64,000 bases of DNA from Phyllobates terribilis (Eukaryota). The stretch covers positions 236,220,001 through 236,284,000 of the forward strand of contig NW_027362773.1 of the NCBI RefSeq assembly GCF_046119375.1, written 5' to 3'. Both the position numbers and the translations under genes were made by a program. A model generated the notes under the pieces. The model saw nothing but the letters and a program-made list of their open reading frames with translations. It ran no database searches and was not told the origin of the DNA. The stretch's first letter is position 1. Every line of letters begins with the position of its first letter. Of the stretch, positions 1 to 11,973 are shown piece by piece.

Positions 1-705
1 CAATAATGGGACTTATGTTTGTAATATGCTGTACTGCATGGCTCTTGTAAGGGGCATTGCAAGTTGTTCTGTCCTAATTTTTGGCAGCTTTTCCTGGGAA
101 AGCATAAGCAAATACTATGGGACACCCACTCCACAATAATGGGACTTATGTTTGTAATATGCTGTACTGCATGGCTCTTGTAAGGGGCATTGCAAGTTTC
201 TCCGTACTAATTTTTGGCAGCTTTTGCTTGCAAGGCATAAGCAAATACTATGGGAGACCCACTCCCCAATAATGGGACTTATGTTTGTAATATGCTGTAC
301 TGCATGGCTCTTGTAAGGGGCATTGCAAGTTGCTCAGTCCTAATTTTGGGCAGCTTTTGCTTGCAAGGCATAATCAAATACTATGGGACACCCACTCCCC
401 AATAATGGGACTTATGTTTGTAATATGCTGTACTGCATGGCTCTTGTAAGGGGAATTGCAAGTTGCTCCGTCCTAATTTTTGGCAGCTTTTGCTTGCAAG
501 GCATAAGCAAATACTATGGGACACCCACTCCCCAATAATGGGACTTATGTTTGTAATATGCTGTACTGCATGGCTCTTGTAAGGGTCATTGCAAGTTGCT
601 CTGTCCTAATTTTTGGCAGCTTTTGCTGGGAAAGCATAAGCAAATACTATGGGAGACCCACTCCCCAATAATGGGACTTATGTTTGTAATATGCTGTACT
701 GCATG
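1..705. repeat. 133-bp tandem array (~5.3 copies) inside hAT family A; resumes briefly at 1726-1750 after the solo LTR
   Basis: CAATAATGGG recurs at 1, 134, 267, 400, 533 and 666 (period 133). Confidence 0.95.
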
Positions 706-1725
706 TGACGCGCCCCCTCGGCCGTGTGTACACGTGTGTGGGATACCCGGTGCCGGGTCTCTGGGGTCTGTAGTCTCCGTGGCGGTGACCCGGTCCCGTG
801 GCTCAGGCTGGTCAAACCAGTGGCAGTCTTTCTTAGGTTTTGAGGTTAATTGTCCGACTGCGCCACCCGTGGATTGCGGTCAGGGAGTACCACCGCTGCG
901 AGGCAGACCGCTGAGGCTGGTGTTGTGTGCGCAGCATATAATGGGATAACTCCCCTCGGGAGGAGTATAGCGTCAGGGCAGTGAGTGTGGATGATGGGGG
1001 TGATGGTGCACGAGTGCAGCAGGAACGACTCAGAGTCTTTGCAGTGCAGTTTAGGGTCTTTACTGATGATTATAAGGTAGAACCTCCCGGGAGTACTGGC
1101 TAGCATAAGAGGCCTGGTCAGTCTGTGAGCAAGCAGGAGTTCCCCTGGCCAGGTGGAGTTGTAGGCCTCCCCGTCTGTCTGCACTCTTCCTGGCTACCTT
1201 GCTGTAAGGGGGTAGAAGTAGCCCACGTCCCTGAGTGTACCGTGTAGTGCTCACCCGTATGGCTGGTGAATTGGGGCCTTCTGTTAGCCTCCGCTCCACG
1301 ATGGCGGTGCTGGTCCCTTGCTTGTGACTGAGCCTCCGGGCTTCTATGGCCAGAGGACCTGAAATCCCCTGCTGGCTGGTTTCTGCTGCTGGATATATAA
1401 GTCCTCACAGCTTCGGACTCCTGTGTCCGGTTCCTATTGTCTTCTGCCAGGGCGAGCTCTGCTCAGCTTCCAGCCCCTGGTCTTTAGCTCCTAGCTCCTA
1501 CAGAGCTCCTTGCTGTTACTTTCCCTTGCTCTCACTCTGACTCTGACTGTTCTCTGACTCACTCAACCCCGCCCCAGATCCAGTTTATAAGGACAGAATT
1601 CTCCCCTCCCAGGACTGGGGCAGGAGGATGTTGCATGTTTAAGGGATCCTGACCAGGAAACCTCCCACTTGCTCTCCGACGTAATATCTCTATTACTGTG
1701 GTGACCAGACCCCTGGGGTGCCACA
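706..1725. mobile_element. Solo LTR (~1020 bp) inserted into the 133-bp array
   Basis: TG...CA ends (TGACGCGCC...GTGCCACA) flanked by a 4-bp CATG duplication (702-705 and 1726-1729). The repeat unit resumes exactly at the break. Homologous to the LTRs at 8765-9958 and 61843-63055. Confidence 0.8.
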
Positions 1726-3357
1726 CATGGCTCTTGTAAGGGGCATTGCAGTTCCTCATAATTTTTGGAAAGCCTTCCATTCACTGCTTAGGCCAACAGT
1801 GCACGGGAGACCCAGTTGCTATAAATCGAAAAAAAGGTTTAGTTAACGCCCTCTGACCTCCATGTCATTTCCAAGGGGCATTGGAGTGGCTAAAAATTTT
1901 TGGTAGGCATTGCACTCACTGTATGCCCTATAACTGTGTTGCCGAACAGCTCCTTTTGTTTCAGAAACATATCCTACAAGATATATCTGGTTGACTGGCC
2001 TGATATTGATGTGAATGGTCCCTGTTCCTCCTGCTCTTTCTCCTTTGCCACCACCTCATCCATTATTAATCACCTGAAGCTTTGTTTTAACGGGAGTCAT
2101 AGAACTGGGATAGTAGCAGGAAAACATCCAGCAATCCTTGGAGGAGGTAGGATATGCACCAAAACGCGGACCACCTCAGGCCTAGCTGCTACTACATACA
2201 TGTGCTTGCATTCCAAGAAAACAAAGCAGATGCTAACTTCTATCATCATCATCATGCTCCTCACCTAGGCACTCTCAACTCCCCTGATGTAGAAGCCAGG
2301 GCCCACCGGAGGAGTCTGGTTCTCTGATGGGCTCGTCCAATGCTGCCCTAAAGCAGGCCAGGCTAAGAAAAGTGTGGGGGAAGGTGACAGGAGAAATCAG
2401 GGTGGCTGGGGACCGAGTATGGACACCTGGCCGCCGGGCGGCTGGGGACAGAGTATGGATACCTCGCTGCCGAAGCGGCCATGAGGTAGTGGCCAGCTTC
2501 GGCCTCCTCCAAACTAAAAGGTCCCATTTCAAGTGAAAGCTAGCAGTATTGTATTGCAGCCTGCGGGTGGGTGGGTGGTTGGCTGCATATTTTCACTTGC
2601 ATTGCAAGGAATGGGGGAGGTACAATTGAACACTGCCCTGGGACAAGGACTTGCACGGGGATAGTTGCAAGTCTGCATCTTCTGATGCGACAAGGATCAC
2701 TTCTGATGGGCACACTTTTAGACAGTGACCTGGGGGTCAGAGATGCTTCCAGGGGTCTTCCCCATGCTGATCCCTAGTCTTTTCAGCACTGTATGCATGT
2801 GTCACACAGCACATGGCCAGATAAGGTTGTAAAATGTTAAAATGACATTTCCCGGTGAACGCATTTGTCACGGTTGAAAGCAATACAAAAGTGCAAAAAC
2901 GCATGAAAAATGCTACTTGTGAACATAGCCCAAGGTTTGGAGGAGTATTTTTGTTTTTGGTTATTTATTTTACCTTATACACAAGTTTTTACCCTGGAAA
3001 GGAAATTCCTTAACATATTTCACAGGAAAACCATTTCAGTTTCGTTTTTGAACGTTTTATTGTGAGCCCACAAAAGTGACTTAATACCTCTGACCATGTT
3101 GTTGACAGCAGTGACCTGGGGGTCAGAAATGCTTCCAGCGACGATCCCCATGCTGCCCCCATGTCTTTTGAGCACTGTCACTATCGTTTTGGGCACTTTT
3201 TAGGCTTTCTACAGACTGCCGGGGGTGCTGCCGCAAAAATGCTCGGGTCTCTCATAGACTAACATTGGGCTCGTTGCTCGGGTCGAGCACCCGAGTATCA
3301 CGGTAAGCTCGGCCCGAGCTTCGAGCACCCGAGCATTTTAGTGCTCGCTCAACACTA

Positions 3358-4092
3358 TCAGTCGTCATCTTGGTGAGGACACGTAAGTCTTGCCCGTTAC
3401 CAGTCTGGCACCCATGGCTGACTTTATGTTACGCTGCCTTAACCGTGACCCTCGCATTGTCAAAATGTTGGGTGACAGTCATTACTGGTTGATGACACTT
3501 TTAGACCCCCTCTACAAGGAGAACTTTCACTCTCTTATTCCTGAGTTGGAGAGGTCTACAAAAATGGGGCAGTACCAGAAGGCCCTTGCTGCAGAACTAT
3601 TAAAACAATTCCCATCTGAACACGGTAGCGGCAGAGGTCACAGTTCGCTGCCCAACTATGGCATACAGGCGAGAGAGACGCAACTCCAATCCAGCAGAGG
3701 CAGGGGATCACTGTCAATGCTCTAGGACAGTTTTCTGAGACCTGCCCAGCTTACAGGCCCTGAGGCGCAGGGTACTCTCACAAGGAGTGGAAAGTTTCAA
3801 AAGATGGTGAGGGAGTACCAGTGTCCTCTGTGATTCCTCTGTGCCTTTTAATTATTGGGTATCCAAGCTGGACACTTGGAATGAACTCGCTCTGTACGCC
3901 TTGGAGGTCCTGGCCTGCCCTGCCGCTAGCGTGTTATCGGAGCGTGTTTTTAGTGCCGCTGGGGGAATTATAACTGATAAGCACACTCGCCTGTCAACTG
4001 ACAATGCTGACAAGCTGACCCTTATCAAAATGAACAAGGGCTGGATTGGGCCATACTTCTCATCACCACCAAATGACAGCAGAGTAACATAA
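3358..4092 (+). pseudogene. hAT family A transposase, C-terminal fragment including the hAT dimerisation domain
   Basis: ORFs 3390-3725 (DPRIV...YW..TLLDP.YK) and 3841-4092 (YW...W.ELA.YALEVLACPAASVLSERVFSAAGG...RLS) are separated by a stop and a frameshift; SERVFS carries the catalytic Glu. Confidence 0.9.
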
Positions 4093-4244
4093 AGTCAAAT
4101 CCACTATGTTATTTCGGGAGGTGTATTCCCATGCATTGCTTCACACCCACACATGGGTATACGCTTCCTGATTTCGGCTGTGTTTTGCTCTTCTCCTTAT
4201 CCTCAGCCTCCACGACCACTATACCACCAGGGTGACCGTGGTCC

Positions 4245-4511
4245 ATGTTGCCAGCATTGCAAGTTCCTCTGTCCTAATTTTTGGCAGCTTTTGCTTGGAA
4301 GGCATAGGCAAAGACCATGGGAGACCCATTCCCCAATAATGGGAATAATGTTTTTAATATGCTGTACTGCATGGCTCTTGTAAGGGACATTGCAAGTTCC
4401 CCCTTCCTAATCTTTTGCAGCATTTGCTTGGAAGGCATAGGCAAAGACTATGGGAGACCCACTCTCCAATAATGGGAATAATGTTTTTAATATGCTGTAC
4501 TGCATGGTTCA
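4245..4511. repeat. 133-bp repeat, ~2 copies
   Basis: CAATAATGGG at 4334 and 4467. Confidence 0.9.
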
Positions 4512-5045
4512 TGTAAGGGGCATTAAAATCATCTTGTTAAGCTACTGTGACCTCCACGTCTCTTCCACAGAGCGTTGATATTGTCTTTTTATTCCACTGT
4601 AACCTCCACCACTCTTCAAAGGGGCATTGATATTGTCTTTTTATTCCACTGCGACCTCCACCACTCTTCCAAGGGGCATTAAAACCGTCTTGTTAAGCTA
4701 CTGTGACCTCCACGTCTCTTCCACGGGGCATTGATATTGTCTTTTTATTCCACTGTAACCTCCACCACTCTTCCAAGGGGCATTAAAACTGTCTTGTTAA
4801 ACCACTCTGAACTCCACGTCTCTTCCAAGGGGCATTAAAACCATCTTGTTAAGCTACTGTGACCTCCACATCTCTTCCAAGGGGCATTAAAACTGTCTTG
4901 TTAAACCACTCTGAATTCCACGTCTCTTCTAAGGGGCATTAAAACCGTCTTGTTAAACCACTCTGAACTCCACAGCTCTTCCAAAGGGCATTGACATGTT
5001 GTTTTTAATTACCTCTAACCTCCACGACTCTTGCAACGGGCATTG
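4512..5045. repeat. 52-bp tandem array, ~10 copies (same unit as 45800-48299, opposite strand)
   Basis: Unit approximately CCAAGGGGCATTAAAACCGTCTTGTTAAGCTACTGTGACCTCCACGTCTCTT. Confidence 0.9.
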
Positions 5046-6692
5046 CATTTCCTCCTAATTTTTGTCAGCTTTTGCTTTTCAATGCATAGGCGAACACTAA
5101 GGGAGACCCACTCCCCAATAATGGGTAGAAGGTTTTTAATACACTGTAATCCATGTCTGTTTCAAGGGGCATTGCAGTGCCTAATAATTTTTGGAAAGCC
5201 TTCCATTCCCTGCTTTGGCCAACAGTGTACAGGAGACCCAGTTGCTATAAATGGAAAAAACGGTTTAGTTAAGGCCCTCTGACCTCCATGTCACTTCCAA
5301 GGGGCATTGGAGTGCCTCAAAATTTTTGGTAGGCATTGCATTCACTGTATGCCTTATAACTGTGTTTCTTAACCGCTCCTTTTGGTACGGAAATATATCC
5401 TACAAGACATGTGTGGTTGGCTGGCCTGATATTGATGTGAATGGTCCCTGTTCCTCCTGCTCTTTCTCTTTTGCCACTACCTCATCCATCATTCATCACC
5501 TGAAGCTTTGTTTTAACGTTAGTCATAGAACTGGGATAGTAGCAGGAAAACATCCAGCAATCCTCGAAGGAGGTAGAATATGCGCCAAAACGCTGACCAC
5601 CTCAGGCCTAGCTGCTACTACATACATGCGCTTGCATTCCAAGGAACAGAAAGCTAAGGAGGTGGATGGCCTCATGATCATGAATAATTTACTCGTTGTG
5701 TAGGAGGCCGACCACTGCTGCTGTCTACCTTCTGAACTTTGTGTTGAAGCCTGATTGACCCAGGACCCGCAATCCTCTGTGTCTGGAGGACGTGTTGCAT
5801 CCCAGTGTCCAACTGTGTCCCAGCTTCCACAATATTAACCCAGTGTGAAGGCGTCAGTGAGATGGACCATTCCTGGCCACATTCACTGGTCCACGTGTTT
5901 GTGGTTAGGCTGTCCTTCCCACTAAATGCACTGGGGAGGGCACAGGTAATGTTTTGGTATGCGCGCTTGTGTATAAGGCGCACCGGGACAAATATGGGCG
6001 GCTGGGGACCGTTTATGGACATCCGGCCACCCCCACGTGGCTGGGGACTGAGTATGGACACCCGGCCGCCCCCTGGCGGCTGGGGACCAAGCGTGGACAT
6101 CCGGCCGCCGGGCGGCTGGGGACTAAGTATGAATACCAGGCTACCGACGCAGCCATGATGTGGTGGCCAGATTCCACCTCCACATGCCTAAAAGGCCCAA
6201 TTTCAAGTGCAAGCAAGCTAGTAGTATGTTATTGCAGCCTGGGGGGTGGGTGGGTGGCAGGCTGCATACTTGCGCTTGTATTGCAAGTTATTGGGGAGGT
6301 ACAATTGAACACTGCCCTGGGACAAGGACTTGCACGGGGATAGTTGCAAGTCTGCATCTTCTGATGCGGCAAGGATCACTTCTGATGGGCACACTTTTAG
6401 GCAGTGACCTGGGTGTCAGAGATGCTTCCAGGGGTCTTCCCCATGCTGTTCCCATGTCTTTTTAGCACTGTATGCATGTGTCACACAGCACATGGCCAGA
6501 TAAGGTTGTAAAATGTTAAAATGACATTTCCCGGTGAATGCATTTGTCACGGTTGAAAGCAATACAAACGTGCAAAAACGCATAAAAAATGCTACTTGTG
6601 AACTTAGCCCAAGGTGTGGAGGAGTATTTTTGTTTTTGGTTATTTATTTTACCTTATACACAAGTCTTTACCCTGGAAAGGATGTTCCTTAA

Positions 6693-7547
6693 CCCCTTTC
6701 CGACCTGGTCAGTAATAGTACGCACGAGGTCGGGAAGGCCGGTTCAGCGGGGGCTCCGGCGGTGAGCCCGCACTGAAGCGAGCACATGTCAGCTGACAGG
6801 CATGTCACAGGCAGGTCACCACCAGGTCACCTCCCGGTCAGGTACTCTGATTGGTGCGATCGATGATGACATCGATCGCACCAATCAAAGATGGCTGGGG
6901 CCTGGGCAGCATCACTGGGGTCACAGGGAGGTGACAGGCAGGTCACAAGCTGGTCACCGCCCTGTGACCACCCTGTCACCTGTGTTCAGGTACTTTGATT
7001 GGAGCGAACATTGTCATCATCGACCGCTTCAATCAGAGCTGGCTGGGGCTTCTATTACCTCACAGGGGGTCATGGGGAGTTGACAGGCAGGTCACAAGCC
7101 GGTCACCGCCCCGTGACCGCCCTGTTACCACGCGGTCCCGCTGTGATCGGTGCGATCGATTTGATCGGCGATCACACCGATCCTAGCAGTTTGAGGAGAG
7201 GGCTGGGGTTACTAGGCAACAGCCTAGGATCGGTGCTCTTAGGAGCACCGATCCTAGGCTGCACATCACTGTTTCCGGCAATCTGATTGCCGGAAATAGT
7301 GAGAAATGCTGTGATTGGCTGTTCAGAATTGAACAGCCAATCACAGCGATCGTGGGTGTGAAGGGGCGACGACACCCCCCGAGATGCCGGCGCCATCTAC
7401 CCTAAGGTAAGATGGCACCGGAATTTTAATGCAATCACCGCGACTTCGGTCGCGGTGTCGCATTAAAGATAGGGCATATTAATACGTATCTGGTCCATAA
7501 GGCCCAGGGCACAGATACGTATTAATATGCCCTATGTCGTAAAGGGG
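6693..7547. mobile_element. Non-autonomous piggyBac-type element (855 bp)
   Basis: TTAA at 6689-6692 and 7548-7551. TIRs CCCCTTTCCGAC / GTCGTAAAGGGG. Three internal ~130-150-bp repeats at ~6800-7170; no ORF. Confidence 0.85.
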
Positions 7548-8234
7548 TTAACTCATCAGATCACAGTAGATATTTACACAAATAGAATGTCCCGTCCTTT
7601 TGTTGCTTAGCCCAAACAAATCAATTCTTACTGTTTGCAGTCCTCAGTAGTGCAGTGTCAGTGTATTAATTTACTCGCCTGTTGCCATCTTTTCTTGTAT
7701 CTTGGACTGTTCTAAGTCATGTGTCAGCAATAGTGTTGAGCCACCCCCATAGTGTTCGAGTTCGGTTCGGTTCGTCGAACACCCGTGTGTTCGCCGAACT
7801 GTTCGTCGAACTGTTCGTCGAACACCTTCGAACACCGTTAAAACCAATGGCAGGCAAACAAAAACACATAGAAACACATAGAAAACACCTTCAAAGGTGT
7901 CCAAAAGCTGACAAACTGCTCAGAAGACACAACTAACACATGGAAAAGTGACAAGTACATATAGTCATGCGAAAAGAAAAGAGGTGGAGGAGTAAAAGGA
8001 GGGGGAGACACAGATATAGGCATGTCATGCCCTTCTAAAATCCAAAAAGTGAGAAGCCGACACGTTCAGTCCGCTCCTGCCCGTGCCACCTCCGTGTCGC
8101 CGGGTTTGTGCCAGAGCCGCGGTGAACCCTGACGGCCAGCCCCCCTCTCCCAATACTGGTGCCTGTCCGCTGGTGGGTCGAGCGAGCCCCCCTGTGGTGG
8201 AGGCAGCTCTAAGCTTTTTAATTTAAATTGTCTC

Positions 8235-8495
8235 TCTAATTTGAATAAATACACTTTAAATCCATTTACAAGGATCTATTGGAGGGCAAGTCTCATGCCA
8301 GCAGCCGCGTAATTCCAGCTCCAGTAGCGTCCACTAAAGCTGCTGCAGTTAAAAAGCTTTTATAAGGATCGAGCTCGGCTGTCCACCGCAAGGCATCCTA
8401 CTGCCAGTCCGAGCCCCTATGCCTTGGGGTGCCTCCTGATGCTCTTCACTGAGTATCCCGAAGCATTTCCTTTGAAAAAATGAAGTGTCCAAACT
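8235..8495 (+). pseudogene. Degenerate 18S rRNA fragment (conserved block and V4 start) carried in the hAT cargo
   Basis: ATTGGAGGGCAAGTCT..TGCCAGCAGCCGCG.TAATTCCAGCTCC...GCTGCAGTTAAAAAGCT and GATGCTCTT.ACTGAGT...TTTGAAAAAAT..AGTGT.CAAA match recalled eukaryotic SSU rRNA, with many substitutions. Confidence 0.9.
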
Positions 8496-8607
8496 ACAGG
8501 TGGTGTAGCTTGCTTAACAGCCGGGATAATCCGCTGACTAGCAGACCCTGCTACTAGGCAAAAAGTATTTCCTGGGCTAGATGCAGTTAAAAATTTGTAA
8601 TTAGATA

Positions 8608-10409
8608 CTCTCGTTGGATGCTGAGAAAGCATTCCATAGAGTCTCCTGGCACGCCATATATGATTCTCTTAAAAAGCTTGGGGTAGGGGTCTAGGGGACC
8701 CTTTTATAGCCAAAATCACGGCCCTGTGTCGCAATACGTCACCTAGGCTGAAGATAAATGGAACAGTAGCACCCTGAGGGCTCGGTTGCTACAGAGGTAT
8801 TGCACCTCACCCAGAGGTGTGATATCTCACTCTCAGGTAAGGATGTAGTGTGGATCAGGACCCAACACCTGCATGCATTACACCACATTGCCGTGGGGCA
8901 GGGTGACCAATATGCCCCTGAGATGGGCACGACAGTCCCTGTCCCTGGCTGTAGTGGGGGGAGGGAACACTGAGGAAGGGGAACCCTGTAGTGCAGGAGC
9001 AGGGAGGAAGCAGTTCCTGGGTGCATTGAGAAGGGAGTATAAAAGGTGGGCACCATCTTAGTTCAGTGCAGAGAAGTCTGAGCAGAAGTGGCAGGGAGCA
9101 GGGGCTCTGCATGAGCTCTGCTCCGGAGGCGGGCCTAGTAACAGAGGCCCAGGCCTGGAAGAGGGAGAAGGAAGGAAGAGGAGCGGAGAAGGCTCCAGGA
9201 ACGAGGAACGAAGGGATCTCAGGGGTGCGGACGGGCGACTCGCCACCGCACGCCCGAATCCACCTGCGTGGAGGGGTCAGGCCAAAGGGGGAGACCGGTC
9301 CCCGAAACTAGTGGAGGCAGGAAACGACCCTCAGCTAGAAACAGGAGGCTGTGACATTTTATGTGGTGCAGCCCCTCGCTACACCCGCTAGGAAGGCACC
9401 ACATAGGGTCAGGGAAACTGGCGCCAAGTTTACCAAGAGGAGGCCCGAGGCAGCCGGACAGAAGGGTTGGTAAGAAAGGCCAGACAAAGGACACACAAAG
9501 GGGGTCCTGTGAAGCACTCCAAAGTTATCTGGGAGTTGTCTGAGCCCCTCACCTGGTGAGCACAGTACGACGTGGGCAGCCGTTACCTGCAGACGTGGTC
9601 TGCATAATAAGAACTGTGAGTAAAGGCCCTGGACTGCATCACTGACTCCGTGTCATTACTGCTGCTGCCCTGCACCATCACCCCCATCCTCCGCATACAC
9701 TGCCCTGAGGCTATACTCCTCCCGTGCTGCACCCACAACACCAGCCTCAGCGGTCTGCCCTGGAGCGGCGGTTCACTCTGACCGCAATCCACGGGTGGCG
9801 TAGTCGGACATTTAAACATCAAAATCACATAAATAGTTCCGCCACTGGTTTGACCGCCCTGAGCCACGGAACCGGGTTGCCGCCACGGAGACTACAACCA
9901 CCAGCATCCACCAAAAAGGGTCCGGCTCCGGGTGTCCCAAGGCCCAGGGGGCGCGTCAGAACATTTTCATCACCTTTCACAATCACCAATGGGACAAGAC
10001 AGGGATGTTCTCTGTCCCCTCTCTTATACATCCTAGTGACAGAGCTCCTGCTCTCATCAATTCGCCATAACCCCAATATTAGGTGGATTGAGGTGGGAGG
10101 CACCGAGTACAAGTGCTCTCTATTTGCTGATGATGTCCTAGTATATATCACTCAATCACATATATCCATCCATGCTGTTATGGCTGAAATAGATCACTTT
10201 GTTACATGGTCAAATTTTAAAATCAATGCAGCGAAGTCTGAGGCCCTCGATGTCTCCCTCCCCAAATCCATATAGGATTCCATCCAGTCCAACTTTCCCT
10301 TTGCCTGGCCCTCACAGGGTATCAAATACTTAGGAATTCCTATTCATAGAGACCTCTCCCATCTATGTTATCTTAATTTTGGACCCTTTATTGAACAACT
10401 CCATACAGA
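8608..10409 (+). pseudogene. L1/Tx1-type non-LTR reverse transcriptase fragment, split by a solo LTR
   Basis: LSLDAEKAFHRVSW (8608-8650) and ALY...KINGT|FSSPFTITNGTRQGCSLSPLLY...LFADD...FKIN..KS...IKYLGI; contains stops. Confidence 0.9.
8765..9958. mobile_element. Solo LTR (~1194 bp) inside the L1 fragment
   Basis: 4-bp GAAC duplication (8761-8764, 9959-9962). Removing it rejoins the L1 frame KINGT-FSSP. The terminal T is mutated to A in this copy and intact in the right copy. Confidence 0.85.
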
Positions 10410-10480
10410 CCACGGTTGGCAAGTTAGAACTGTAAGATTCACTACGTGAACCACTGGTGTTTTGTGGAAAAGCACATGTA

Positions 10481-11856
10481 CACTGTGTTCCAAATTATTA
10501 TGCAAAAAGTGTTTAGGAGTGATAAGGGAAGAATTTGTTTGTTTGTCAGTTAAACTCATTGATGGTGATGTGTGTCAGGGCTCTTTATATCACTGTAAGC
10601 AATTGCAGACACCTGTGCTAATTAGTTTGGCAGGTGTGTCCAATGAAAGGCAAGACTACTTAAGAAGGCTGTCTCACATTATTAAGCAGCCTACATTTTC
10701 TGCCAAAATGGGAAAGAAAAAGGATGTGTCGGCTGCTGAGAAGCAACAAATTGTGGAGTGTTTAGGTCAAAGCATGACTACAATCAACATTGTGCGATGA
10801 TCAGGATGAAGTGTCTTGGCAATCAAGAAGTATGTAGCTGATTCACAGTACACACGTGTGCGTGCTGATAAGGGCAAATTGAGGACTCTTTCCTACAGGC
10901 AATTACGTCAGGTTGAAAGAGCAGCGGCAAAAAAGCCTTGTCATAGCAGCAGATAAGTTTTTGAAGCTGCTTGTGCCTCCAACGTCCCCCGAACAACAAG
11001 ATGCAGGGTCCTTCAGAGGTTTTCAGCTGTGCATACGCCATCCTGTCGACCTCCTCTATCCACTTCACACAAGCAGAAACGGCTCCAGTGGGCCAAACAT
11101 TACATGAAGACTGATTTCAAAACTGTTTTGTTCACGGATGAGTGCCGTGCAGCGCTCGATGGTCCAGATGGATGGAGTGGAGGATGGCTGGTTGATGGAC
11201 ACCCCACGCAAACACGGCTACAGCGCCAACAAGGAGGAGGTGGAGTAATGTTTTGGGCTGGAATCATGGGGAGAGAGATTGTCGGCCCCTTTAGGATCCC
11301 TGAAGGCGCTAAAGATGAACTCCATAATGTATGTGGATTTTCTCAAACAGCACTTCCTGCCATGGTTCAAGAAGAAGAACCGTGTATTTCACAGCAAGAT
11401 CATTTTTCTGCATGATAATGCACCATCTCATGCTGCACATAAAACATCTGCATCTCTGGCTGATATGGGCATAAAAGGGAACAAATTTATGGTGTGACCC
11501 CCATGCTCCCCTGACCTCTACCCCATTCAGAACCTTTGGATCATCATTAAAAGGAGTGTCTATGATGGCGGGAGGCAGTTCACATCTAAGCAACAGCTCT
11601 GGGAGGGTATTCTGTCCTCATGCAAAACAATTGAAGCAGAAACCATCCAAAACCTGACAAATTCAATGGACGAGAGAGTTCAGAAGCTCCTTTCGAACAA
11701 GGGGTCCTATGTGAAAATGTAACATCACCTAGAATAAAATTTTGAGTTGAAAACTGTTTGATTTCAGTTTCTAACAACCTGCTAATGCTTATAATTTCAA
11801 AAATGACCATTTTTTTGGTCTTTATTAAAATGAAAAGGTTGATCGAAAAGTTTGGG
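10481..11856 (+). mobile_element. Tc1/mariner (Tc1, DD34E-type) element, one TIR deleted
   Basis: TA followed by CACTGTGTTCCAAATTATTATGCAAA at 10481; transposase remnant downstream; no matching right TIR. Confidence 0.9.
10708..11722 (+). pseudogene. Defective Tc1 transposase
   Basis: MGKKKDVS..., VLFTDE, QGGGGVMFWAG, FLHDNAPSH, SPDLYPIQNLW (catalytic E replaced by Q). Deletion near 10795, frameshift near 11308 and an in-frame TGA. Confidence 0.9.
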
Positions 11857-11973
11857 GGATCTAAGAGTGTGGCAACCCAGTAGTCATGATTACTTTGAAT
11901 TCTGACAATATGAGGGTCATGCTGCAGGTAGTGCAGCAAGAAGGCACTTATGTGTCTTGCGCATCTCGGAGCC
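11857..11973 (-). pseudogene. Diverged second fragment of the family B transposase in the cargo; continues at 10410-10480 on the other side of Tc1
   Basis: LLHYLQHDPHIVRIQSNHDYWVATLLDP and TCAFPQNTSG.RSES.SSNLPTV parallel the main transposase at ~20935-21200. Confidence 0.8.

Larger units (their letters stand above)
1..3357 (+). mobile_element. hAT family A copy 1, 3' part ending in a terminal inverted repeat; extends left of the window
   Basis: Ends ...GTGCTCGCTCAACACTA (3341-3357) with CGAG/CTCG-rich subterminal repeats. About 2560-3357 is the reverse complement of about 40288-41090, and 1750-3000 is similar to 5170-6688. Confidence 0.85.
3358..6688 (+). mobile_element. hAT family A copy 2 (transposase end, tandem arrays, subterminal region), right end lost
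   Basis: Same 133-bp repeat and subterminal sequence as copy 1. Homology stops at the TTAA at 6689. Confidence 0.8.

Noticed and set aside
1900-2268. Possible antisense transposase relic in the family A 3' region (ATIPVL*L...VVAKEKEQEE resembles MTIPVIYML...VVAQEEVEE)
   Set aside because: The similarity is short and low-complexity and cannot be supported without a translated alignment.
7552-7730. Possible host exon (minus strand ...ATGGCAACAG/GCGAGT)
   Set aside because: No canonical donor, no partner exons and no recognisable protein.
8235-8495. Functional 18S rRNA gene
   Set aside because: Only ~260 bp, with substitutions and indels in universally conserved positions and no flanking rDNA unit. 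The same applies to 63328-63596.
9724-10275. 183-aa ORF as a novel gene
   Set aside because: It is a chance read-through from solo LTR sequence into the L1 RT fragment; the junction coincides with the TSD.
11586-11939. 117-aa ORF conserved in both arms (also 59862-60215)
   Set aside because: A chimera of a hAT transposase fragment and antisense Tc1; it is conserved only because the whole block is duplicated.
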